In this document: piece after piece, positions 10,237-20,130 of the stretch
Position numbering within the stretch: position 1 is the first letter of the stretch
Layout: each line of letters starts with the position of its first letter
From: Clostridia bacterium
Lineage (GTDB): Bacteria > Bacillota > Clostridia > Oscillospirales > QAKW01
NCBI GenBank assembly: GCA_017436525.1
Contig: JAFSCX010000047.1
Location: 53,198 to 117,197, forward strand
Direction of reading: 5' to 3'
Length of the DNA stretch: 64,000 bases
Made by a program: the position numbers and the translations under genes
Notes under the pieces: generated by a model
What the model was told of the DNA's origin: nothing
Database searches by the model: none
The model's input: the letters and a program-made list of their open reading frames with translations, nothing else

Positions 10237-10270
10237 ATGTGGAAGGTCCATTCACCTTCCACATTTTCAT
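10237..10270. terminator. Bidirectional terminator between metH and a convergent membrane-protein gene
   Basis: ATGTGGAAGGT-ccattc-ACCTTCCACAT, flanked by an A-run and a T-run. Confidence 0.8.
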
Positions 10271-11028
10271 TTTCTTAGTTTTTGGCAATATTGGGTACAA
10301 AGCTTATCGGTGCATTGCGCGCATTGCAAGGCTTCGTTGGTCTGATCCCAGAAACGTTCCGGATGAAATGCAACAAAAAGCTCCCAAATTCCCCATATAA
10401 TGAATGCTAAAATCAGCAAAGATGCGCTAAAAAATCCATTAACATAAATCATTGGGGTAAACATCATCATATGATCCCAATTAAAGATCCGGCAGGTTGT
10501 GCAGCATCGATTTCGCATAATCAGCCGAAACGGGCACCAAATTAATACGCAAATCAGATCACAAACATAGAAGATCACACTGATCAAAAAAAGGATCTTT
10601 CCCGAGATCACCTTTAGATAATATAAAGCACCCAAAGCAATAATCAGCGCCGCCCAGATCAAAAACACTTTATAGGCAGATCTGGTCGTTGATGCGATAT
10701 GATTTTTCAGAGCTTGATAATTCATCTTCTCGCGGATCGGCTTGAATCTCAGCTTAAATAGTTTTTGAGAGCCGAGAGGAAGAAGCTCTTTAATGGGAAT
10801 CAGCTGATATATCATATCAATAACCCAGATAATCCAAAGAAGATGCAATAAGGAGAACCGATCAAAAAAACGCCATCCATCAAGAATATCGAGTTGATCG
10901 GGGCTCAGCCAAAATAAAAGAATAGTGATTAATAAAATCAAACACCGGCCAACCAAACGAGCAAAATAAGTTTTCCGCACTCTCGACATTGGCTCTCGTA
11001 CATTCGAGCGACTACTCTTATTCGGCAT
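10267..11028 (-). CDS. Polytopic membrane protein with Cys-rich motifs, function unknown
   Basis: 253 aa with about 6 hydrophobic helices plus the CCTTCRIFNWDH and CAQCTDKLCTQYC motifs. GGAGGG RBS precedes the ATG at 11028. I recognise no family. Confidence 0.55.
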   Translation of the reverse strand: MPNKSSRSNVREPMSRVRKTYFARLVGRCLILLITILLFWLSPDQLDILDGWRFFDRFSLLHLLWIIWVIDMIYQLIPIKELLPLGSQKLFKLRFKPIREKMNYQALKNHIASTTRSAYKVFLIWAALIIALGALYYLKVISGKILFLISVIFYVCDLICVLIWCPFRLIMRNRCCTTCRIFNWDHMMMFTPMIYVNGFFSASLLILAFIIWGIWELFVAFHPERFWDQTNEALQCAQCTDKLCTQYCQKLRK

Positions 11029-11506
11029 TGAGCTCCCTCCCCAACATTATGATATAAAAAAACGACTTGTAGAAGCAAGCCGTTTTGGGTGCAACTGAGC
11101 ATTCTATAATCGAACCGTTCACCTCTTTTAAGGTTACGGTTTTGCTTGCTTCCTTATAATTAAATGTTATGACCAATTTGTCGTCGTAAAGATATACGGC
11201 ATTTACAAAAATGTCGATTAGTCTTTGTTTGTGTTCCTTCGTTTCTAAGCTCATGTTCTGAATGTGCCTGAGCCATAATACTAAGCCCTCTTTCGTAATG
11301 GTGGGCTTCTTCATTTCTTCCTTGATGAGCTTTAATTTTATCTCATCTCTTGTCTGCTCCAACTCAATCATTCTTTGTTTTGTGGTCGGAGTTATAATTC
11401 CTTCTTCTATTGCTCTAAGCAAATTATTAAGTGCGTTCTCTGTTTCACTAAGCCGTTGTTTAAGTAGTTGTATTGCGGGATTTTCTTTCTTTGCATTTCT
11501 AAACAC
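11018..11506 (-). pseudogene. C-terminal remnant of a large serine recombinase
   Basis: The 162-aa ORF matches the typical coiled-coil/C-terminal region of large serine recombinases (LSETENALNNLLRAIEEGIITPTTKQRMIELEQ ... LIDIFVNAVYLYDDKLVITFNYKE). There is no resolvase catalytic domain. An in-frame TAA lies 12 nt upstream of its GTG, and upstream frames are broken. Confidence 0.65.
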
Positions 11507-11926
11507 AATACTTGTGTTTTAAACAATCGGCAACACCTTTTTGAGCATTTTTACTCTCCATTCTACACATTCCCACGTATTAAAAATAATTCTTCCAACC
11601 GTTTTGCCTGATCGGGATATTCAACAAAACAAGGGCATCGAGTATCAACACATAAATGTATATCTACTTATAGAAGTGACAGATTTTCCTTTCTTTTTTA
11701 CCCTAAAATTATTTTGTATTAAGCAATCCTCCATCTAAAAAGTGAGAGCGATGACGGATTATACTCCATCACCGTCCGTTCGGGTGGATTGTTCTGTTTT
11801 GCTGTAATTTCCCCTATATGCGTCTATTACAGACACATTGTAACATAATCTTCCTACCGGAATTTGTCGGTCTTTGTTGTCGAGGGAAAATATTTTATTT
11901 TCTTATCGAAAGTAGGTTCATAAAGT

Positions 11927-11970
11927 CGAAAGGCGGTGGCGGATTTGAGTCCATCACCGCCTTTCGTTAT
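11927..11970. terminator. Hairpin terminator downstream of the giant surface-protein gene
   Basis: 12-bp stem CGAAAGGCGGTG ... CACCGCCTTTCG immediately 3' of the stop at 11983. Confidence 0.5.
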
Positions 11971-11982
11971 GGGTTTAGATGA

Positions 11983-14900
11983 TTATTTATTTGCCGTTTT
12001 TCTCTTACGGTCATACAGTGTAATTCCGAAGATTCCTGTGCCGCTGATGAAGAGCAGAGCAATCCAGAGGAATATATTGCTGTTGTCACCGGTTGCAGGA
12101 GAATTTGTCTTTGCGTGGACGTTGAAGGTTCCTTCGGTTTCACCATCGGTATAAAGCACGGTAATGGTGTGTTCACCGGCTTTGAGGGTATCCAGATAGG
12201 ATGCCTTCAGCGTAATGATAGTGCTACCGGCCTTGGTTTCGTAGTTAGCCTTATCAACAACCTTACCATCAACCTTGATGCCAACGAACTTGCTGAACAA
12301 ACCGTTGACGACGAAGGTGATGTTATGGTCGCTATCCTCTGTCCAGGAGCTGCCGTCGCCCTCTACGATGTCGTAGGCCACGAGTGCTGCCACCAGCTTA
12401 TCCAAGCTTGCCTTGGTAGCTTCATCCACAAGGGACTTTTCATATTCGGACAAAGCGTTGTAGGCGGTCTGTGCATCGGTAATCGCCTTAATCGCTTCTT
12501 CGTCATCAGGCTTCACGGTATCGACCGCAGGCAGCTTGGAGATGGTTTCTTCAATTTCCTCCACATTGCCGATAACTTCAAGAGCATCGTCGATACGCTT
12601 AATTTCGTCCTCTATGGCTTTCTTTTCGTCTTCGGTCATATTGTTGCCGTGTTCGTCAAGAGCTTTTTCGAGGTCAGCCTTTGACTTTTCCAAATCGGTC
12701 TTGTTATCCGGTGTTACGTTCTCAGCGGTAACATCTTCGACCTTTTTGGTGTTCTCGGTGTCGGTTGCTTCGGCTGCATCGGTGATTTCCTTAATCAGGT
12801 CTTCAACCTGCTTCTTCACTTCCTCCATGGCGTTCTTGCCATTGGTGGTGATGGTTTCATCGCCAAGGATCGTGTTGATCTCGTCAAGCATATCCTGAAG
12901 CTCGTCTTTATCCTCGCTCGTTACGGTTGCAGGATCGTAGTCCTTTAGTTCCTCGGTGTAGCCTGCTGCCACATCTACTACGTTATCGGTCAAAACGGTC
13001 AGTTTGGCAGGTACGTACTTGATGGAATAGTTTCCGCCCGCATCTGCATCGGAAGCAGTAATGTCATACTCACCAACAACAGCAATGTTCGCATTGCAGG
13101 TAAGTGTAGGCACCGTTACAAGCGCATCAACGCCCACCAGACCTTCTACCTTGTAAGTGTAGGTCGGAAGTGTCGTGTTGACAACGGTGTTCTTTGCATC
13201 AACGATAATAGTGATCTCACGCTTGGTGATCTCGTATTCACCGCTTGCCGTACCGCTGTAGTTGCCCTTGCCGGTTACGGTAACGGTTGCAGTACCTGCA
13301 TTAACATTTTCAGTATAAGAAACGGTATAGTCCCTATCTTTTACCAAGGTTTCGCCGTTCAGAACGACCACAGGATCGGGTGTTTTGGCATTGCCGTCGT
13401 AGGTGAACGTACTGTCTACAGTTACGGTTGCACCTGCGATGCTTGTCGGCTCCACCTTAACGGTGAAAGTCGTTGTCAGATCGGTCACGCCGGAATTCTC
13501 AAAGCCCATCGGGTTATAAGAAACGGTAAAGGTGTATTCACCGGCGTTCAGAGTATCCAAATAAGTAGATTTCAGAACGATTTTACCGGATTCGTAATCC
13601 ACGGAGTAATCGGTGTTTGCTGCAAGGACTTTTTCGCCGCAAGTGATGGATTTTACGGTGTTGCCGTTGAACTCCACAGCAATGCCCTTATTGCTGTTTT
13701 CCTTGTAGGTGTAGGTTGCCTCGGTATCAATTGCCTTGCTGTCCTCATAGACCACGATACCGTCGGAGTTGATGATGGTTACGTTGCCGCCTTCATCGGT
13801 AATGCGGACATAAACCGCAACCTTGCTCTTAGGCTGGATGCGGAACTTGTAGGCATTGCCGTCTTTGGTAAGAGCAGTCCAGCCATCATTGGGAATGTTG
13901 TTTTCCTCCATTACTGTGTTGGAAAGCAGGTATTCTACCTTCGTCACATTGGAGCCGGTACCGTCGGCGGTAATGGTTACATCCACATGATCCTTGCAGA
14001 ACAGGCCGAAGGAAATCCAGTTCCAGAACTCTCTCCAACTGTTTTCCTTGATCAGAATCGTTCCGGTAGGTGCGGTTGTATCTGTGATGGTGTAGGTTTT
14101 TGTGACAGTACCCGCATAATTACCTTTGCCAGTGATGGTCATGGTAATCGTTCCTGCATTTACGGTGCTGTTACCACCGTTGGAATTGCTGAACGTAACC
14201 GTATAGTCTGTTCCCGCCACCAAGGTGGTTTCGCCACACTTCACACCCGGTTCTTGGGCAGTTCCGTCATAGACATAGCCCTCAGTAGGGATGCCGGAGA
14301 GTGTAACGCGGTCCTCCGTCAATCCAGTCTTGACAGGACCTCCGGAAATGATTACACCATTCAGCGTTAACCCCTCATCTATGATCGTACCATCATTGAT
14401 GATTTCAACTTCCCAAGAGCCATGCTCATCATTGGTAATAGTTACATTCTTAAATGTAACCACCGCATCCTCTTCAACAATGCCCTCGTGCCACATTGAA
14501 ATAGTACCGTTTTGAATTGTACAGGAATTGCGGATATGAAGCATCATTGGCTCCACACTATGACCATTCAAATCCAATACACTACCGTCAGGGGCATCCA
14601 TATGTTCTAAGCGGAAGTCATCTGAATACACTGTCAGCGTTCCACCATTACGAGTCCAATCCTCTTGAGCGCGGAAACCATCCGAATAATATTGCACATT
14701 TCCGTTGCTGTCTGTAATGGTTGCAACAATATCCGAATAATTGGCCTTTACGATTACGCAGCCTTTAGGCATTGTAAAAGTAGTCTCTGCCTTGGTACTG
14801 TCTGTCAAAGTGATTGTTCCAAGTTCAATCGTCCAGCCGGTAAACATCATTCCGCTTGCGGGAGCATCAGCGGTGATCGTCACAGTGCTGCCCTCGGTAT

Positions 14901-17820
14901 AGTTGCCAGTACCGCTGCCGTTGTTGACCTTTACATACTGCTCATATACAGTTCCACCCACATTGGCAGGAAGTGTGCCCTTGTTGTAGATCGTACCCTC
15001 ATTGACAAGATTGCCGGAGATCGTACCATCATTCACAATGACACCTTTGTTTGTCAAGGTGAAACCATCTGCAATTATCAGCTTTGTGCCCTCTGCAACT
15101 GTCAGCTTGCCATCGGTCGCAATGGTCAAATCCCGGCTAAGGGTATAATCGCTGAAAACTGTAAAGGTCTTACCGCCATCGGTAGAAACCAATCCACCGG
15201 TGGGCGTACTTCCTTTATAGGAGTTTGTGGTCACCATACCGCCGGCAATGGAAGAATCCTTTACACCCTGCCAGTTATCCGTATTGGCTCCGATGCCGGG
15301 GGAGCCGCTGGCTGAAATATTGCCGCCATTGATCACGATATTCCAGGTAGAGCCGTCGTTGGAGGAACCAATGCCGGCTGCCCATCCTTTGCCCGTTGCA
15401 GAAATAGTACCGCTATTGATGATAATATTGTGGGTATCGCCTCGGTGACCACCGCCGCCGATACCCGCCGCATTGCTACCGCCAACAGCAGTTAGGGAAC
15501 CGGAACCATTGATCGTCAAGGTTGCGGCATCGGAGCTGGTTGCCTGCTGACCTCTCGTTTTATGGATAGCTGCCTTGTTCGCTGTCTGGGAAATCAGCGT
15601 ATTGTTACCGCTTAATGTTAAGGTCACATTGGTATCGTTATAATCCCGAATCTCAATAGGCGCACCGGTGGTGGTGGAGATATTCACGCCATCCAGCGTC
15701 ACATTGGCTGTGCCCTGAATATAGATCCGGTGGCTGGTAGCCGTATTCTTGTCCTTGTTGGAAACCGTCACATTGCCGCCGTTAATGGTCAATACTTTAT
15801 TGGTTTTATCCCAAGAATAATTTGCTGGGTCGCCGGTCACAATGAAATCACAGCCATACATCGGATCTTCCGCAGTACAGACACAGGCACCGTTTTCGTA
15901 TTCGTGTGTTGCATCAAAGGAGATTCCATGCGTACACGCCACTGTGTGGTTCTGCGCGTCCTTCTTTGTATAGGCCACATGGTTAGATCCCATATACTCA
16001 AAGTATGCACCGGACGCAGTCACAACATCGCTAAAGGCTCCATCCTCGCTTGTACGGCACAGACCACCTGTTGCGCTTAAGGTGCCCGACACAGCCGCAG
16101 AACTGTGAGTGACTTTCAAATGAGAGGAACTTCCCAAAACAACGGTATTTGCAACAATGCCATTGCCACTTGCACCGCCGTTGGCAGACACATATCCGCC
16201 ATTGAAGGTAAGTGTATTACCTTCTGCTTTAATGCCATAACTGGATTCGCCAGTAGATGTAATTGAGCCGCTGTTTACGGTTACATTTCCATGAGCCTGA
16301 ATGCCATCCCAATGACCAACAACAGACAAACTGCCGTCACCGGAAATATTCACTGTAGAATTGGCATAGATACCGTAGTTGGCACCGCTGGAGACAGTAT
16401 TGCTACCGTTCAGTACGATATTCAGAGCTTCCTTGGCATAAATGCTTGCATCTGCATAGCTGCCGCTGGTGATGGATGCGCCATTCAAGGTCAGAGTGTT
16501 GGTAGCATAGTCATAACTCCAACCCTCACCGCTGGTATTTTGACTTGTTACTGCTGTGCCGCCAACCCACAGAACGGGTGGTGCCAACACCGTAAGCGGG
16601 ATATTCGCAAATCCGCTTGCATAATCAGTCATTTTATCCCCGTTGTGCTGCTCGCTGAACACTTTCAGCGTATAGCTGCCCACTGCAAGATCAGACGGTA
16701 TGGTAATGGTTGCCGTACCACTTTCGCTGTTATTTGCGATCCGTCCATAGTAGAGGACGGTATCGTTGCTGTCTACTAACATAGCAGAAACATATTCGTT
16801 ATTGCCTGTGTTCGCACCAGAATAGGTAACATCAACCGTCCAATCCGAATATCCCACGGTTTGTGTGGTAGCACTGCTCGTAGAAGCAGTAAAACTGCGA
16901 CTATCGTCCAAAAGCGTCATCTTCCATTCCGTTCCGGCTGTACCAACTTCCGTTAAGCTGCCGTCCACCGACGTATCTGCTTTGCCGCCTACGGCGGCAG
17001 ATGTGAAGATGACAGAGTTCAGATTTAAGTTAAAAGCGGGGCGAGCCGCATACTCAGAAATAAAGATCGATCCGTCTACGTATTCACCATTCACCATACC
17101 GGAGTCACTGACCGCGCCCGCCTGGTCAGTTGAGTATAATGGTTCGAAAAGAGAACGGAGCCACCAATAGCTCGCGCTCTGCGCGGTGTCTGTTGCACTT
17201 AGTCCCGGTGCGTCATTATAATCACCTACATAGTCTGCAAGTTCCCTCACAGACAGGAAAAATACTTTGTCATTTTCTGTCAAGCTGCTTGTGCCCCAAC
17301 TCCATTTGTACAAAATCATTTCGGCATTATCAGTTTTCTCAACGCCGAGGAAAGCCGCCTGTTCTGCCATTGAAAAAGCACTGCTTTGTGCAAAGGTATT
17401 GCACCATTCCTGTGCTTTGCTGCCTTGATATGTATTCCCGTCATCTGTCGAAGCATTAAACATCACGTTGCCGCGATCCAATAAATACTCCGACAGCAGG
17501 AACATTCCGCCGCTTGCTCCATTGTTTGCCGCATCCGCGTCCAGTACCCGCCACTTCATCGGGTCGCTGCCATTCACGCCAAAATAGACATAATCACTTG
17601 GCGTATAATATGTCGTATATTGCGTCCCCATTTGACCTTTTATTGCGGTCGGGTCGCTGATCCCGCTTGTGCCAAGCATGATGGCTTTGTCTGCTGATGG
17701 CGTGGTATCCACCGCAAATGCCGGCAGCGCCGTCATCGGCATCATACTGAATACCATTACAAGTGCCAAAAATAGGCTTAAAATTCTTTTTGAGTTAAAT
17801 ACATTCGTTTTCATATCCAT
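11983..17820 (-). CDS. Giant (~1,945 aa) sortase-anchored surface protein/adhesin
   Basis: Signal peptide MDMKTNVFNSKRILSLFLALVMVFSMMPMTALPAFA follows a GGAAGGA RBS. The N-terminal module carries KWRVLD / FFLSVRELA / YWWLRS motifs (DUF6273-like). Beta-helix-like G/N/S/T-rich repeats and Ig-like modules follow (YDG.A..P ... DYTV.Y..N.N.GTA.V.V.GKGNY.G). An acidic coiled-coil stalk precedes a C-terminal SPATG, a hydrophobic helix and RKRK. The track ORF extends to 17913. Confidence 0.85.
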   Translation of the reverse strand: MDMKTNVFNSKRILSLFLALVMVFSMMPMTALPAFAVDTTPSADKAIMLGTSGISDPTAIKGQMGTQYTTYYTPSDYVYFGVNGSDPMKWRVLDADAANNGASGGMFLLSEYLLDRGNVMFNASTDDGNTYQGSKAQEWCNTFAQSSAFSMAEQAAFLGVEKTDNAEMILYKWSWGTSSLTENDKVFFLSVRELADYVGDYNDAPGLSATDTAQSASYWWLRSLFEPLYSTDQAGAVSDSGMVNGEYVDGSIFISEYAARPAFNLNLNSVIFTSAAVGGKADTSVDGSLTEVGTAGTEWKMTLLDDSRSFTASTSSATTQTVGYSDWTVDVTYSGANTGNNEYVSAMLVDSNDTVLYYGRIANNSESGTATITIPSDLAVGSYTLKVFSEQHNGDKMTDYASGFANIPLTVLAPPVLWVGGTAVTSQNTSGEGWSYDYATNTLTLNGASITSGSYADASIYAKEALNIVLNGSNTVSSGANYGIYANSTVNISGDGSLSVVGHWDGIQAHGNVTVNSGSITSTGESSYGIKAEGNTLTFNGGYVSANGGASGNGIVANTVVLGSSSHLKVTHSSAAVSGTLSATGGLCRTSEDGAFSDVVTASGAYFEYMGSNHVAYTKKDAQNHTVACTHGISFDATHEYENGACVCTAEDPMYGCDFIVTGDPANYSWDKTNKVLTINGGNVTVSNKDKNTATSHRIYIQGTANVTLDGVNISTTTGAPIEIRDYNDTNVTLTLSGNNTLISQTANKAAIHKTRGQQATSSDAATLTINGSGSLTAVGGSNAAGIGGGGHRGDTHNIIINSGTISATGKGWAAGIGSSNDGSTWNIVINGGNISASGSPGIGANTDNWQGVKDSSIAGGMVTTNSYKGSTPTGGLVSTDGGKTFTVFSDYTLSRDLTIATDGKLTVAEGTKLIIADGFTLTNKGVIVNDGTISGNLVNEGTIYNKGTLPANVGGTVYEQYVKVNNGSGTGNYTEGSTVTITADAPASGMMFTGWTIELGTITLTDSTKAETTFTMPKGCVIVKANYSDIVATITDSNGNVQYYSDGFRAQEDWTRNGGTLTVYSDDFRLEHMDAPDGSVLDLNGHSVEPMMLHIRNSCTIQNGTISMWHEGIVEEDAVVTFKNVTITNDEHGSWEVEIINDGTIIDEGLTLNGVIISGGPVKTGLTEDRVTLSGIPTEGYVYDGTAQEPGVKCGETTLVAGTDYTVTFSNSNGGNSTVNAGTITMTITGKGNYAGTVTKTYTITDTTAPTGTILIKENSWREFWNWISFGLFCKDHVDVTITADGTGSNVTKVEYLLSNTVMEENNIPNDGWTALTKDGNAYKFRIQPKSKVAVYVRITDEGGNVTIINSDGIVVYEDSKAIDTEATYTYKENSNKGIAVEFNGNTVKSITCGEKVLAANTDYSVDYESGKIVLKSTYLDTLNAGEYTFTVSYNPMGFENSGVTDLTTTFTVKVEPTSIAGATVTVDSTFTYDGNAKTPDPVVVLNGETLVKDRDYTVSYTENVNAGTATVTVTGKGNYSGTASGEYEITKREITIIVDAKNTVVNTTLPTYTYKVEGLVGVDALVTVPTLTCNANIAVVGEYDITASDADAGGNYSIKYVPAKLTVLTDNVVDVAAGYTEELKDYDPATVTSEDKDELQDMLDEINTILGDETITTNGKNAMEEVKKQVEDLIKEITDAAEATDTENTKKVEDVTAENVTPDNKTDLEKSKADLEKALDEHGNNMTEDEKKAIEDEIKRIDDALEVIGNVEEIEETISKLPAVDTVKPDDEEAIKAITDAQTAYNALSEYEKSLVDEATKASLDKLVAALVAYDIVEGDGSSWTEDSDHNITFVVNGLFSKFVGIKVDGKVVDKANYETKAGSTIITLKASYLDTLKAGEHTITVLYTDGETEGTFNVHAKTNSPATGDNSNIFLWIALLFISGTGIFGITLYDRKRKTANK

Positions 17821-17900
17821 TATCCTTCCGGTTGTTTTATATGTATTACGCCGTTCCGGCTCTCGCTGGAGGGTATCTTTATACAGGTATCGTATCCGTC

Positions 17901-18059
17901 TCATATAAAACACCCCTTTCCGAAACGCAAAAAGCCACTTGGTTCAGGGCGTGGAAATAACGCCCATTCATCGAATGGCTCATAGCATCGGTATTTACTT
18001 ATGTATGCAAAGAAGGAACAGTTAGTCCTTGCGTTGCGGATTTTATATTGCTTGCTCAT
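17901..18059 (-). CDS. Possible 52-aa upstream ORF translationally coupled to the surface-protein ORF
   Basis: My translation is MSKQYKIRNARTNCSFFAYISKYRCYEPFDEWALFPRPEPSGFLRFGKGCFI*. AAGGAGG lies 9 nt upstream of the ATG (18059-18057). Its TGA overlaps an in-frame ATG of the downstream ORF (ATGA at 17901-17904). No family recognised. Confidence 0.3.
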   Translation of the reverse strand: MSKQYKIRNARTNCSFFAYISKYRCYEPFDEWALFPRPEPSGFLRFGKGCFI

Positions 18060-18157
18060 CTATGTCAACCTCCTTGTGAGGATTATTTCTATATACAATA
18101 TATACAATAAGTCGATATTATATTATAGCAGAATTCTCTCGACTTTTCAATGCATTT

Positions 18158-18202
18158 CGCGCTGAAAATCACTATTGTCGCGCTGAAAATCACTATTGTC
18201 GC
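18158..18202. repeat. Perfect 21-bp tandem duplication (2 copies + 3 nt)
   Basis: CGCGCTGAAAATCACTATTGT occurs at 18158-18178 and 18179-18199, followed by CGC. Confidence 0.95.
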
Positions 18203-18431
18203 AAAAAAGTTACTAATCATAGTTATTAAAGGTTTTGAACCTCAGCACTTTCCGCCTTTTTAAGTATTTTTTCATCCGGTATTACATCGGGACTGTATTC
18301 CAAAACATAACTTGTTTCCGGTGTGTCATTCCAACAGAGATATGAGATTTCATCGAACTCATAGAGCGATTGAATAACACACCGAGAGCATCTAATACAA
18401 TTGTTGAATATTTTTTTAATTATTTGGCGTG

Positions 18432-18923
18432 TTAAGTGCGATATACATTCACAACGGGGACATTGACGCGGTTAGCATAGTCCACGGTGTTCTTGGTTCC
18501 ACTTGGTTTGCCGTTCCAGACGGCGATTACTCTTGACGAATGATCCACCATCCACTCATTTCGGATTTGATAGACACCTCTTTTGTAACCGTCGCAAATA
18601 TCTCTTGTGAGATCTGCGGCATTCATAATTGCTATGTATCTCTTTTTCCATTCCGGCCAACGCTCAATAAAGTTCGGATGAGGATTGGTGGAGATCAGCT
18701 TCAACGGCAATTTTTCTTTATCCCGCAATCGTAGGATAATCTCTGCCGCCCAAATGTCAACGCCGGGTGCCATACCGGTGATGAATACATTAAAGCCATC
18801 GTCGATTGCCTTGCGGATAGCTACCTCTAACTCTTTGATAACCTGCTTTTCGGTCATTATCATCTTTTCGGGACGATGCCCTGTGAAACAGCAACGGTGC
18901 ATCCTTTTTTCTGCTTCTGTCAT
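18432..18923 (-). CDS. DUF1273 (SLOG-fold, YoqJ-like) family protein
   Basis: 163 aa with the characteristic CCFTGHRPEK N-terminal motif, then GMAPGVDIWAAE. This family is common on phages and conjugative elements. Confidence 0.75.
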   Translation of the reverse strand: MTEAEKRMHRCCFTGHRPEKMIMTEKQVIKELEVAIRKAIDDGFNVFITGMAPGVDIWAAEIILRLRDKEKLPLKLISTNPHPNFIERWPEWKKRYIAIMNAADLTRDICDGYKRGVYQIRNEWMVDHSSRVIAVWNGKPSGTKNTVDYANRVNVPVVNVYRT

Positions 18924-18932
18924 TTTCTCACC

Positions 18933-19454
18933 TTATTTCTTTGGCTCAAACGGAGCAGCGCTCTCTGCCATCTTGAAAATATCTGCCCTTGTTACAGAGG
19001 CAGGGCTATATTCTATCACACAACTTATCTCCGGCGAAATTGTCCAACAACGGAAGGCGCGGTCATCTTTTTCAAACCACGCACCAACCATCTCTCCGAC
19101 AGTACAATTTTCGTATTCGTCCGGCAAAGTAACCACAGATTCAATGGACGCAATATGCAGACCTATTACCTCTGCAGAATCGGATTCATAGTATTTCGTA
19201 TGGCATTGTGTGAATATAATGGTGTTACCGTTTGCGTCACTGTATGTCAGAGGTGAGGTGATAATCTCAACCTGTTTCTTGTAGCTGTCATCCACTGAGA
19301 GGATAGCCTACTCCTCGCGATCTGCCATCTCTCGCATTTTTTCAGCATCGGATTTATCGTTACCTGCGGAGTCTTTAGTCGCTGCGAATGAAACCAATGC
19401 AACAATCACGGCTAAAGCACAACACAGGATGGTCAACAATTTCTTTTTGCTCAT
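18933..19454 (-). pseudogene. Secreted/membrane-anchored protein ORF interrupted by one in-frame TAG
   Basis: ATG 19454-19452 (RBS GGAGGG) encodes MSKKKLLTILCCALAVIVALVSFAATKDSAGNDKSDAEKMREMADREE, then TAG (19310-19308). The same frame continues as AILSV-DDSYKKQVEII into the 120-aa track ORF (18933-19295). Confidence 0.45.
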
Positions 19455-19774
19455 GGATATCCCTCCGGTATAAAAACACCCACCGAACCGTTTTGTGCGG
19501 AGTGGGTTATTCTAATGACTCCGCTATCTTTCAAAAACAGTCCGGTTGAACTGCAACAGCCTCACTCTACAAAGGATGTGAATGTACCTTCTCAAAAGAC
19601 GGATGCCCAAAATTGTTATGTGTATAGAGGTCATTTGGGGAATATTTATAGGTTTATTTCCGATATTTTTTGTATTATATCATATATAAACCAATATTGC
19701 AACAACTTTACCGCCTTACAACCAATAATATTGCCGCCTGTATGGGTTAAAATATAATAAAGGGTGGTGAGATT

Positions 19775-20086
19775 ATGGACGAAAAAGATTTTGCTTTGCG
19801 ATTAGCACAACTGCGTGAAAAGAAGAATGTATCCGCACGAGAAATGAGTCTGGCAATCGGACAAAACGCAGGATATATTAACAATATCGAATCCGGGAAA
19901 TCGTTGCCGTCTTTACCTGGTGTTTTCTATATATGTGATTATTTAGGTATTTCTGTAGGCGAGTTCTTTGATCTCGAAGCCAAGAACCCCACCAAATTGG
20001 ATGCAATCATCAAGGATTTGAAAAAACTTGATGATCAACAGTTAGATAACATTGCAAATTTGATAAAAGGTTTAATTAAGAAATAA
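19775..20086 (+). CDS. XRE-family helix-turn-helix transcriptional regulator
   Basis: 103 aa with the LAQLREKKNVSAREMSLAIGQNAGYINNIESGK HTH_3 pattern. A TATAAT-type -10 lies upstream. Confidence 0.85.
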   Translation: MDEKDFALRLAQLREKKNVSAREMSLAIGQNAGYINNIESGKSLPSLPGVFYICDYLGISVGEFFDLEAKNPTKLDAIIKDLKKLDDQQLDNIANLIKGLIKK

Positions 20087-20095
20087 ACTATAAGT

Positions 20096-20123
20096 AAAGC
20101 CGCCCGAGTGGGCGGCTTTTATT
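20096..20123. terminator. Bidirectional terminator between convergent genes
   Basis: AAGCCGCCC-gagt-GGGCGGCTT with flanking A and T runs. Confidence 0.8.
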
Positions 20124-20130
20124 AATGATC

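Noticed and set aside
11507-11760. An upstream continuation of the serine recombinase (zinc-ribbon or catalytic domain).
   Set aside because: All three minus-strand frames are interrupted by stops within 30-60 nt, and I could not recognise resolvase motifs. Only the C-terminal remnant is called.
12115-17908. Many plus-strand ORFs of 60-216 aa inside 12.1-17.9 kb.
   Set aside because: All are antisense shadows of the 1,945-aa surface-protein gene. Their repetitive, skewed composition keeps the alternative frames open.
17821-17913. The N-terminal extension MFYMRRIRYLYKDTLQREPERRNTYKTTGRI of the adhesin ORF.
   Set aside because: A canonical signal peptide with its own RBS starts at 17820. The extension is kept only as a possibility in the findings, through ATGA coupling with the upstream small ORF.
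18210-18431. A minus-strand frame encoding ...NNCIRCSRCVIQSLYEFDEISYLCWNDTPETSYVLEYSPDVIPDEKILKKAESAEVQNL* directly after the DUF1273 gene.
   Set aside because: It looks protein-like, but there is no ATG, GTG or TTG in frame before the last third of the frame. It may be a decayed gene fragment and is not called.
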